From the IMG/VR virus record IMGVR_UViG_3300044614_001780: a stretch of DNA of 64,000 nt. One strand, 5' to 3'. How positions within the stretch are numbered: position 1 is the stretch's first letter; the number at the start of each line of letters is the position of its first letter. The notes under the pieces were generated by a model. The model had not been told where the DNA came from and ran no database searches. It saw nothing but the letters and a program-made list of their open reading frames with translations. Made by a program: the position numbers and the translations under genes. Positions 8,207-16,494 of this stretch are shown in pieces. Origin of the DNA: a virus.

Positions 8207-8307
8207 AAGGATTAAAATACGTATACTAATATATTATAATTCAGACCAATAAAACGCCTACCTAATGTGTTCAATACGACACACTGATTAAGAGATTATT
8301 AAATTCT

Positions 8308-8559
8308 TTACCTAATTTCAAAATTTAATTTTTTAACCTTTCTTGTCCTTCTTGCTTCTTGGTACTGCAAATCTTCCCTGCTCAACACAGATTTTGTATC
8401 ATCTAATTTATTTAAATTAATCAACTCAACCAAAGAAAGATCGACTGCACTTATCTTATCTCCAGTAATAGAAGTCAAATTATCACAACCGCAGCATTTA
8501 GTTTGCGTAGAATTTGATTCTAATTCTGTATTACAATTTTTGCATCTTACTTTTAACAT
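8308..8559 (-). CDS. Small zinc-ribbon protein
   Basis: CKNC...CCGC; start revised to ATG 8559 because the longer track ORF overlaps the tRNA. Confidence 0.65.
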   Translation of the reverse strand: MLKVRCKNCNTELESNSTQTKCCGCDNLTSITGDKISAVDLSLVELINLNKLDDTKSVLSREDLQYQEARRTRKVKKLNFEIR

Positions 8560-8589
8560 TTTTCTAATGATTTCTACTGAGTTATAACA

Positions 8590-8660
8590 AGCGGACAACG
8601 AGGATCGAACTCGTGATTTCAACTTGGAAGGATGACGTGTTACCGCTACACCATGTCCGC
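8590..8660 (-). tRNA. tRNA-Gly(TCC)
   Basis: GCGGACA acceptor stem, TGGTGTAGCGGTAACAC D-arm, anticodon loop CTTCCAA, GTTCGATC T-loop; CCA not encoded. Confidence 0.93.
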
Positions 8661-8669
8661 ATTATTTGC

Positions 8670-8699
8670 ATTATATCTTACATAAAAATTATCTGTCAA
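8670..8699 (-). promoter_or_regulatory. sigma70-type promoter for the tRNA
   Basis: TTGACA-N18-TATAAT, 9 nt before the tRNA 5' end, directly after a GCAA-loop hairpin (8699-8724). Confidence 0.75.
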
Positions 8700-8737
8700 G
8701 GGGAGAGACCTTTGCTTCTCCCCTATTATTCAGTTTG

Positions 8738-9403
8738 TCAAACTTCTACCGTGATCAGTTTGGAAGCATATTCATGAGCATATGAAGTGCGGGCACCATG
8801 AATGCCCCAACCAATCCAACTATACGCATAGTCCATGTAACGATTTATAGATTTGCCAGGAGTTTTCATCCTGTCTTCAATTCGTTTCCATTGAACTTCA
8901 TTCGTAAGATAACGAAGTTGCGTTGGAAGTGCTGATGGAGAACCACCATACCTCTTAGCAAAATCACCCAATCCATAATAACGATCGGCAGATGTCCATT
9001 GGATCAGACCATAACCACGACCGCAGTGATGGTACTGAGTCCTACTACCACCTTCACAAATATTAGGCACGAACATAGATTCTTGCTTAATATTGCCCAG
9101 GATAGTAGCAAGGGCGTTTCTGTCTTTAATTCCTTGCTCTTGGAAATAATCCACAGCAAGTTGTTCATGTTCTGAACACCCTTTACAAATTAGCCTTTTC
9201 TCTTTTGGTTTTTCGGGAGCAACCTCTCGGATTGCTGTCTTCTTTTCATCCACAAGTTTCAAATCTTTAATCTCGATAATAGAGACTTTTTGTTCCACTG
9301 GAGGTGGAGGTCCCTGCATCTTGTAGTTGACGAATGGCAGTGATGCCGTACTGGTTGTAACCGATGCCAGAAGGGGCAGGGCTACAGTAAAGATGTTTTG
9401 CAT
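8738..9403 (-). CDS. Phage tail lysozyme-like peptidoglycan hydrolase with N-terminal signal-like segment
   Basis: LATILGNIKQES...GYGLIQWT...QLRYL motifs of the Phage_lysozyme2 family. Confidence 0.75.
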   Translation of the reverse strand: MQNIFTVALPLLASVTTSTASLPFVNYKMQGPPPPVEQKVSIIEIKDLKLVDEKKTAIREVAPEKPKEKRLICKGCSEHEQLAVDYFQEQGIKDRNALATILGNIKQESMFVPNICEGGSRTQYHHCGRGYGLIQWTSADRYYGLGDFAKRYGGSPSALPTQLRYLTNEVQWKRIEDRMKTPGKSINRYMDYAYSWIGWGIHGARTSYAHEYASKLITVEV

Positions 9404-9410
9404 TAAAATT

Positions 9411-9481
9411 AATTGAACTCTACATCCGTATAGAAGAGGGGTATACCCAACTCTCGAAGGGCATCTTCCACGGCTCTAATT
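9411..9481 (-). ncRNA. Candidate structured 5' leader RNA of the lysozyme gene
   Basis: Nested pairings GAGC/GUUC, CCG/CGG, UGGAAGA/UCUUCUA, UGCCC/GGGUA, cGAGAg loop. Confidence 0.5.
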
Positions 9482-9571
9482 TTCACACTCAAAGTCTCAT
9501 AATATAAAAACCTACTCATAATAGGAATCCAAAATTGGATTTTTTCATAATATCAGATTATTTAGAAGACC

Positions 9572-9769
9572 CTAAAGGTCCAAGAAATAACCGCTGATAT
9601 ATTCCAAAGATAATACTTCCAGATTCTCTTTCTGAATTACCCAATCTCGAATCTCACTATAGACACTTTCAGCATCTTTAATTCGACCCTCATCACACAA
9701 TTCGTGCATACGATTAATATGGTCTTCAATAAGAGTATTGCAGACTTTTTTAACTTTTAGGTCAATCAT
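9572..9769 (-). CDS. Hypothetical protein
   Basis: ORF track; overlaps stop of upstream gene. Confidence 0.6.
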   Translation of the reverse strand: MIDLKVKKVCNTLIEDHINRMHELCDEGRIKDAESVYSEIRDWVIQKENLEVLSLEYISGYFLDL

Positions 9770-10187
9770 TAAAATAATCCTTCCGATAATATCTTCCTAG
9801 GACATTAGAATTATAATACGCAGGAGTCCCGTCGTCAAGAGACTCAATTAAAACGTTATTTACAAAGAGTTGTCTAGTTTCTTCGTAATTGCATTTTCCT
9901 TTTGTTTTGTGGAGGCTAAGTATTGTTCTGTTGCAGGATGTTTTGCCCCAAAGTTTAACATCAGCTTTGAGTTCGGGACATGATCCATAATAATTTTTCC
10001 AATCTGACTCTGATTTAACTTTTCTAGATTTTCCCTTTGGTGTGCGGAAACTCCAGAAATATTTTCTGCCAATGTAACTACGACCAGTTTTATCACAATG
10101 TATAAGATATACAAAACCAAAATTATCTTGAATATTATCAGACTCAAAAATTTCCCCATTGAATCTCCAAGGGTTTTCATAACTCAT
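9762..10187 (-). CDS. GIY-YIG-type endonuclease (T4 EndoII/Seg-like single domain)
   Basis: GFVYLI...SYIGRK, W..YYGS, conserved E, YYNSN. Confidence 0.7.
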   Translation of the reverse strand: MSYENPWRFNGEIFESDNIQDNFGFVYLIHCDKTGRSYIGRKYFWSFRTPKGKSRKVKSESDWKNYYGSCPELKADVKLWGKTSCNRTILSLHKTKGKCNYEETRQLFVNNVLIESLDDGTPAYYNSNVLGRYYRKDYFND

Positions 10188-10248
10188 ATTGTATTATTGT
10201 ACTTTGAGCTATTTAGAACCTAGAATTTTCTTGAAACTCCACAGAGTC

Positions 10249-10290
10249 ATTTTAGACATAAAAAAACACCCCCGTCAAGAGGGTGTAAAA
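10249..10290 (-). terminator. Intrinsic terminator overlapping promoter TTGACG-N18-TAAAAT
   Basis: ACACCCTC-TTGAC-GGGGGTGT-TTTTTT. Confidence 0.65.
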
Positions 10291-10304
10291 TTGTGTGAAA
10301 TGTA

Positions 10305-11726
10305 TCAGTTTACATTTTTTAGAATCTGACTTAACCACACTTCACTCATATTTTCAATGATTACATTTGCATCATTGAGAGTTTCAGCAAAGTTGTTCTC
10401 AAGGAGGTATGATGCTACAATCTGATAAACTTCTCCCAACTCCTTCTTTTCTCTTGGGGTTAATGTTCCAGCAGACATGGCAGAACTTCTTGCACTCTGC
10501 AAGTCCTTATCACCACCTTCTACCTTAGCAGCATAACCTCTTAATTGTACTCTTGGTTTATCTCTCACAGAACCCCTTCTAGATGCTGCTAGACCTCTTA
10601 GAGTTCTACTTTGTCTTTCTTCTCTCTTCTTTCTGTCTGCGTCAGACTCATCACGCTTGTGCTTGATATAAGGACGGTCGGCACCTCTTTCTGCTGCTGC
10701 AATGGTCTTGTCTACACTACCAGAACGTTGGTATGCCTTGGAACGTGCTGCAAGTTCTTTACGGACTGAAGTTTCACCTTCCTTGCCGAGTTCCTTACGC
10801 ATTCTGGTTGCTTCATCAAGTCCAAACTCTTCATTATATTCTTTATTTCTGACCGCTGCAATTGCTTCTGCTTTTGACATTCCAGAAGCCATCATTCTTG
10901 CAATTCTTACATCTGCGAAGTCATTATCACCATCTTGGTCTTGGTCTTTTTTCTTTGCTTCATAAATTGAAGAATACGCATTTGCAACATCTTTAAGAGT
11001 TGCTTTTGTTCCCCATTCAAATGATGACATAACTGCTCCTGGTTTTTTAATAGGTGAGGTTGAAGGTGTAGGTTTTGGTGCTGCAACAACAGGTGCTGCT
11101 GGTTTTGGGGCAGGTGCTTCAACTGCAGCAGCAGATCTATTCAAACTTGCCTTTCCAATCTGATTTGCAGTTGCTGATTTTGCGGTCCCACTTAGAATAT
11201 TTTTGGCACTTGAAGATTGAGAAATACTATTAACTGCCGCATTTCCTCTAAGTTGATCCAATTCTGCTTTATTTTGACCTGGCATATCCTTCATTAAAGG
11301 ATTTGGAGTCTTTGGTTTAGCAAAATTATCACCATATTTAAGTTTATTAACTGACATTCCAGTTTCAGCAGCACCTTTCACATCACCTGCTTTTTTCTGT
11401 GCAGAATATACTTGCATACCACCCTTAATTTTATCTGCAGTTGATGCAGAAGCAGATGATGAAGTTCCTGGTTTTGCTGGAGTCACTTTAGTTGGAGTTC
11501 CAGTAGTTGGTTTGGTGTATGTTGCCTTTGCGTCTGGATTTACACCACCCAATGAATTAGTTACAGGGAATCTATCACGAGCACGAACTGGAGTTGATTT
11601 TGCTGGTTTCATTGGACCAGAAGGTTTATCATTTGGACCATCCCAAAGAGGTTCATCTCTCAAAGGAGCTTCAGTAATAATGCTTTCATATAAATTTTTA
11701 ACCGCACCAAAATCTTCCTTATTCAT
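10305..11726 (-). CDS. Modular Lys/Ala/Pro-rich protein, putative internal head polyprotein
   Basis: Basic low-complexity modules separated by acidic (I/L)xE sites; C-terminal linker shared with 12772..15249. Confidence 0.65.
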   Translation of the reverse strand: MNKEDFGAVKNLYESIITEAPLRDEPLWDGPNDKPSGPMKPAKSTPVRARDRFPVTNSLGGVNPDAKATYTKPTTGTPTKVTPAKPGTSSSASASTADKIKGGMQVYSAQKKAGDVKGAAETGMSVNKLKYGDNFAKPKTPNPLMKDMPGQNKAELDQLRGNAAVNSISQSSSAKNILSGTAKSATANQIGKASLNRSAAAVEAPAPKPAAPVVAAPKPTPSTSPIKKPGAVMSSFEWGTKATLKDVANAYSSIYEAKKKDQDQDGDNDFADVRIARMMASGMSKAEAIAAVRNKEYNEEFGLDEATRMRKELGKEGETSVRKELAARSKAYQRSGSVDKTIAAAERGADRPYIKHKRDESDADRKKREERQSRTLRGLAASRRGSVRDKPRVQLRGYAAKVEGGDKDLQSARSSAMSAGTLTPREKKELGEVYQIVASYLLENNFAETLNDANVIIENMSEVWLSQILKNVN

Positions 11727-11773
11727 CTTATTGAGAGTAGTAAAAAGTACTTTTCTTAATATTATTTATTCTT

Positions 11774-12172
11774 TTATTTATTCTCAGAATCAACCCAATC
11801 CCCCTTTATACCCATTGCGCCACCTAAAAGGTCTTGTGCTTTACTTCCATCTTTTTCCTCTTCATAGTAGATAGAAGTTTTTTCTTCTGGTTGTTCTATT
11901 TTTTTATATTCTTCTATTGCTTTATCAACTTCACTCTCAACTCTTTGGTTTAATAATTCTGGTGTATTAATTACATAGTCATTTATTGTATCATCGATTA
12001 AACCACGTTTCAAAAGTTCTTTTTGTATTTCATCAACAAGTTTCCATAATTTATTTTTGTCTATTTTAAATTTAGAAGACAAAATCTCGATAATGCCTTC
12101 TAGCACTATCGAGATTTTTGCCCATTCTATAATTCCTTTTTTCTTTTTTCCAACTTGGAAATTAAAGTTCAT
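11774..12172 (-). CDS. Hypothetical protein
   Basis: ORF track; ATGA coupling. Confidence 0.65.
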   Translation of the reverse strand: MNFNFQVGKKKKGIIEWAKISIVLEGIIEILSSKFKIDKNKLWKLVDEIQKELLKRGLIDDTINDYVINTPELLNQRVESEVDKAIEEYKKIEQPEEKTSIYYEEEKDGSKAQDLLGGAMGIKGDWVDSENK

Positions 12173-12768
12173 TTTTTGGGGGGTGCAGAAACTTTTGCAT
12201 ACACCATTCTCTTACCCCATTTTTCTGGAGTAGTTCCTTTTCCTGCAATGTCTTTGGTAATTTGGGGAGACACATCAAAAGAAACATCTTTATTTACATT
12301 TCCAGTTCTTCCAAAATCACCAACATCATTAATTTTTGCTGTTGTAGATTTTGTCTTTGTTCCCTGTGGATTTGCAGTTAACTGCAATTTGGAACCATAA
12401 GAAATAGATGGTTTTCCTTCTTGTCCTTTTGGTGCCTGTCCTTCCTTATACTTAAAAGGAACTGCAGCATTTCTAGTTGTCCAGTTATGGGGGTCACCAG
12501 TTGCTGTAGTCTTGTTTGGAGTGAATTTATCTCCAGGAGCATACACTGATGCCTTTACTGGTTTCCAACCATATCTTTGTTGTTCTGCACCAGTATGTGC
12601 TCTTTGAGTGAATTTACCAGTAGATTTATCAAGTTCACCAGACTTATAATTTTTATATGCCAAAACCTTTGTATTTGGTTTTGGTTTTGCTGTTGGTTTA
12701 GATGCAAAAGGACCAAAGAACTCACTCAATGAATATGCTTCCGCACAAAATTCTTTATAAGTTTTCAT
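12169..12768 (-). CDS. Capsid-targeting-signal protein with RlpA-like double-psi beta-barrel domain
   Basis: N-terminus MKTYKEFCAEA; C-terminal ASVY..TATGD..AAVP..YGSKLQL..KINDVG..FDVS. Confidence 0.6.
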   Translation of the reverse strand: MKTYKEFCAEAYSLSEFFGPFASKPTAKPKPNTKVLAYKNYKSGELDKSTGKFTQRAHTGAEQQRYGWKPVKASVYAPGDKFTPNKTTATGDPHNWTTRNAAVPFKYKEGQAPKGQEGKPSISYGSKLQLTANPQGTKTKSTTAKINDVGDFGRTGNVNKDVSFDVSPQITKDIAGKGTTPEKWGKRMVYAKVSAPPKK

Positions 12769-12771
12769 AAT

Positions 12772-15249
12772 TTATTTTGCTGGTTTTTGAAGTGATTGGA
12801 AACTTCTATTTCCTTTTGCATCATATTTAACTGTGCCTTTGACACCACCCAGAGTTGCACCATAAGACTGTCCAACTTTTGCCTTTCCTTTTGCTACTTG
12901 GTTTACTCCAGAATTTCCAAGATTTGCACGAACCATTCTTTGTCCTTTATCCCCATAAGTAGCAGTTCCCTTAACTCCACCAACCTTTACATCATATGCT
13001 TTATTAGTAGCAACTTTTTGCTGCTTTCCTGCGATATTTGTTGCAGAAATTACTTTACTTGGTTTTACGTCAGAAGGACCTGACTTTCCTGTTCCTTCTT
13101 GTGATGGAATGTTTCCTACTTTTGGTTTTGCTCTTGTTGCTGCCATTCCTGCTGCTTGAATCTGTTGTCTGGTCTTTCCAGATTTTGCAGCGGCATCACC
13201 ACCTCCAGCACGGAAAGCAGCATCACCACCTCTTGCCGAGTCAGATGACATTCCTGTAGGTTTTGGTTTATTTTGCTTCCCTAGTAATGCTGCTCTATTT
13301 TGTGCCTTTCCAGCATCGGTTTTCCCTCTTTGAACTGCCCTACTAAATTTTCCAGTAAGTCCACCAGTTTTCATAGTATTGATTGCTGATTTATTGATAT
13401 TACTAATTGCACTTCCAACTGCTCCAGCTGCTTTTCCTACTGCTGCTCTATTTTGTGCTTTTCCAGCATCAGTAGAACTCCTAGAAACTGCTCTATTAAA
13501 AGAACCTAATACTCCACCACCATCAGAAAAGGACTTAATATTTTCATCAATTTGTAAATCGTCATTTTCCACAATAAATTGTTTCCAGTATTCATAAGCA
13601 GTCATCTCTTCGGTCTTGGTTGCTTGATAAGAACGAACTCTAGATTCACCTTTTTTGTCGGGTGCTACCATATGGGTTTTGATTTTCTTTGATGTTGGTG
13701 CTTCCTTCTTTTCTTTCTCAAATGCCTTATGAACTTTGGCAGCATCATCATACATATGGATTTTCTTAGCACCACTTTGCTTTGCTACTGCATTTGCAAC
13801 ATCAACTTTCTTCTTACCAATATCACCACCTTTCATTCCACCAGTGTAGTGAATGTTCTTCTTATCTACGTCAACACCATGCTTCTTGAGGTGTCCTTGG
13901 AATTCACTTGGTTTATCAAACTTAGAACGAGCAGTAATGAGATGAACGTTTTGTCCTCTTGCTTGCTTTCTCTTGATATCCTTAATTACTTTTTTGTTTG
14001 GACTAGCAGTTTGGGAGAACTTTTTAGCACTTTGGAACTCACTAAAGTCATAAGAATGTCCCTTATCTAACTTATGAGTATTGAACTCCTGGTTGCTTAA
14101 ACTCTTGACTCTCTTGCCAGATGCATCCTTAACGTGAACCTGAACGTTTGGTTTACCTTTCTTACCGTGTCCGAAGAGAGTTTCGTCAACATCATATGCA
14201 TGAACTGTTGTCTTTTTTCTAGTTCCTCTTGCCTTCTCTTCAATATACTCCTCAAGAATAACTGAGGTAAACTCATCACTAATGTGCTCAAACATTACTT
14301 CTGCTGCTTCATAACTCTCTGCGTAATCTGCAGCAACTAGCATTTCAATAACATAATCATATGCATCATCATAGTCAAAAGACTGATTCAATTGCTTCAT
14401 TTGATTAGCATATCTATTTCCACCAATAGGAGAAGTATTTCTTGCTTTATCAATTGCAGAATCTGCTTTTTTCTTAAGTGCTTCCATACCTTTACTTGCA
14501 GCCATAATGCCACCAGCAGCTAAAGCACCTTTAACTAGAAGTCCAGCAACCTCATCAATTTGCTCACCTTCTGGTTCAAATGAATTTGCCATTGCTTGCT
14601 TACGGATAGTGGCAAAATAAATCTGAGTTCCTTTCTCTTTACCGTATTGGTCAATCATACTCTTCTTCATTGATGAAGTGTCATACTTCTTTTTAAGTTT
14701 TTTCTCTTTCTTCATCTCTCCAGAAGTCATTTCTCTTTCCAAGATATACTCTTCCTTATAACCTTTTGCTGCAGAACTCCAATAATCATCCCAAGACTTT
14801 TGATTTGCTTCAGCATCTTCTCTAGAAGATGGTTTGAAAGTTCCACTTGTTTTACGAATAGAACCTTGAGGTTTTCTTGTTTTCTTTTTAGTTCTTGCCT
14901 TTGCTGCCAAGGATTCAATTTCTTCTTTTGATGCTGGTTTATCTTGGACTTTTTTTGTCACTGGATTCCAGTGTGCTTCATCTACCATATCTCCATCTAG
15001 TTCATATCCAGCAACTTGCATTCCTGGTTTTGCTTTTGCGAGAGGAAGTTGAGGTCCAGTTCTCTTCAAAAATTCTTTCTTTTCGTAAGGATTATCAGTT
15101 CCAGTTCCTTTATTGTATAGTTTTTGTGTCTTCTGGGCACCTTTATGTCCAGGACCAATCTCAAAACTTTGCTCAGAAAGTAAAGTCCCTGCAGTTTCAG
15201 AGGTTTTAATTTGAGTGTACAAGTTTTTAATATCGTTAATACTGGACAT
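12772..15249 (-). CDS. 825-aa modular protein with internal HAD phosphatase domain, putative internal head polyprotein
   Basis: YDVDETL, LITARS, K, MYDD HAD motifs; internal repeats TDAGKAQNRAA x2 and GGVKGT..Y..KG.R x2; late promoter upstream. Confidence 0.65.
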   Translation of the reverse strand: MSSINDIKNLYTQIKTSETAGTLLSEQSFEIGPGHKGAQKTQKLYNKGTGTDNPYEKKEFLKRTGPQLPLAKAKPGMQVAGYELDGDMVDEAHWNPVTKKVQDKPASKEEIESLAAKARTKKKTRKPQGSIRKTSGTFKPSSREDAEANQKSWDDYWSSAAKGYKEEYILEREMTSGEMKKEKKLKKKYDTSSMKKSMIDQYGKEKGTQIYFATIRKQAMANSFEPEGEQIDEVAGLLVKGALAAGGIMAASKGMEALKKKADSAIDKARNTSPIGGNRYANQMKQLNQSFDYDDAYDYVIEMLVAADYAESYEAAEVMFEHISDEFTSVILEEYIEEKARGTRKKTTVHAYDVDETLFGHGKKGKPNVQVHVKDASGKRVKSLSNQEFNTHKLDKGHSYDFSEFQSAKKFSQTASPNKKVIKDIKRKQARGQNVHLITARSKFDKPSEFQGHLKKHGVDVDKKNIHYTGGMKGGDIGKKKVDVANAVAKQSGAKKIHMYDDAAKVHKAFEKEKKEAPTSKKIKTHMVAPDKKGESRVRSYQATKTEEMTAYEYWKQFIVENDDLQIDENIKSFSDGGGVLGSFNRAVSRSSTDAGKAQNRAAVGKAAGAVGSAISNINKSAINTMKTGGLTGKFSRAVQRGKTDAGKAQNRAALLGKQNKPKPTGMSSDSARGGDAAFRAGGGDAAAKSGKTRQQIQAAGMAATRAKPKVGNIPSQEGTGKSGPSDVKPSKVISATNIAGKQQKVATNKAYDVKVGGVKGTATYGDKGQRMVRANLGNSGVNQVAKGKAKVGQSYGATLGGVKGTVKYDAKGNRSFQSLQKPAK

Positions 15250-15271
15250 TTTTATACTCTAGTTTTTTAGT

Positions 15272-15279
15272 TATTTATA
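15272..15279 (-). promoter_or_regulatory. T4-type late promoter TATAAATA
   Basis: Exact gp55 consensus; other exact copies at 21357-21364, 23388-23395, 31829-31836, 44816-44823, 47577-47584, 49275-49282. Confidence 0.8.
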
Positions 15280-15303
15280 AAAAAAGGGGAGCAACTGCCC
15301 CCC
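15279..15303 (-). terminator. Intrinsic terminator after nrdB
   Basis: GGGGGGCAGTTGCTCCCC-TTTTTTT. Confidence 0.75.
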
Positions 15304-15309
15304 AATAAA

Positions 15310-16494
15310 TCAAAGTTGGAATCCAGCAAATGTATCCTTTTTCAAGTCTTGCTTAATACCACCAACAACATAACTTTCAACTTCTGTTTCTTGTGGAGCA
15401 ACTTGAAGACCTTTAGAAGAAATCCAATGCTCTGTCCAAGGAAGGGGATTATTCTTCGCAGAAATATCATAAAGTGGTTTAAGTCCAACTGCTTTCATTC
15501 TACGATTTGCAATCCACTCTACATACTGATGAAGAAGTTTATCATTAAGACCAATCATAGAACCATCCTTGAATAGGTATTGTGCCCATCTCTTTTCTTC
15601 ATTTACACAATTTTCAAAAGCAGATCTCACCCATTCCTCTTCTTCCTTAGCAATTTGCTGCATTTCTGGATCATCCCCTTCACGCCACTTATTGAGGATG
15701 TTTTGAGTAATGACAAGGTGCTGATTTTCGTCTCTTGCGATGAGAGAGATAATTTTAGCGGATCCTTCCATAAGTTTGAGTTCACCAAACGCAAATGAGC
15801 AAGCGAACGAGACATAAAACCTGATACCTTCGAGAATGTTGACATTGGCAATTGCTCTATAAAGTTTCCTCTTTAATTCAATTCTTCCTTCTCTTGCATA
15901 ACCTGCACCCTCTTGTGCAAACAACCAATCATTAGAAGTTCCATATTGTTGGGCAGAATTAATAAAATCATCATAAGCACCAGTCACAGAAGATGCCCTT
16001 TCTATAATATGTTGATTTGATAGAATAGAATCAAAAACTTCTGATGGGTCAGAATATACATTTTTAATAATGTATGTGTAAGAACGACTATGAATCATTT
16101 CCATAAATTCCCACACAGTCATACATGCTTCCAATTCAGGAAGAGAGCAGTATGGGACAAATGCCATTCCAGGTCCACGACCTTGAACAGAGTCTAGAAG
16201 AATCTGATACTTCAAATTGGAAGTAAAGATATGCTTCTGTTCAGGACGAAGGGTTTGGTAATCAGCACGGTCTTTTTGGAGGGAGACCTCTTCAGGTCTC
16301 CAAAAGTATCCAAGTTGTTGAGTGGTTAATTTTTCAAAAATTGGATACTTATAGGAATCATATCTCTGAACCCCTAAAGGTTGACCAAAAAACATAGGTT
16401 GCTTTTTGGTCTCTACCTCTTTGGTATTAAAAACAGTCATACCATTTATTTCAGTAGTTTCTTCGGAATTAAGTCTAAATTTTACAGGATTCAC
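15310..16494 (-). CDS. nrdB: Ribonucleotide reductase class Ia beta subunit
   Basis: FWRPEEV, LLDSVQGR, EMIHSRSY, EGIRFYVSF, RDENQH, QETEVESY. Confidence 0.97.
   Translation of the reverse strand: MNPVKFRLNSEETTEINGMTVFNTKEVETKKQPMFFGQPLGVQRYDSYKYPIFEKLTTQQLGYFWRPEEVSLQKDRADYQTLRPEQKHIFTSNLKYQILLDSVQGRGPGMAFVPYCSLPELEACMTVWEFMEMIHSRSYTYIIKNVYSDPSEVFDSILSNQHIIERASSVTGAYDDFINSAQQYGTSNDWLFAQEGAGYAREGRIELKRKLYRAIANVNILEGIRFYVSFACSFAFGELKLMEGSAKIISLIARDENQHLVITQNILNKWREGDDPEMQQIAKEEEEWVRSAFENCVNEEKRWAQYLFKDGSMIGLNDKLLHQYVEWIANRRMKAVGLKPLYDISAKNNPLPWTEHWISSKGLQVAPQETEVESYVVGGIKQDLKKDTFAGFQL

Noticed and set aside
8560-8622. N-terminal extension of the zinc-ribbon ORF
   Set aside because: Overlaps tRNA-Gly; ATG 8559 is more plausible
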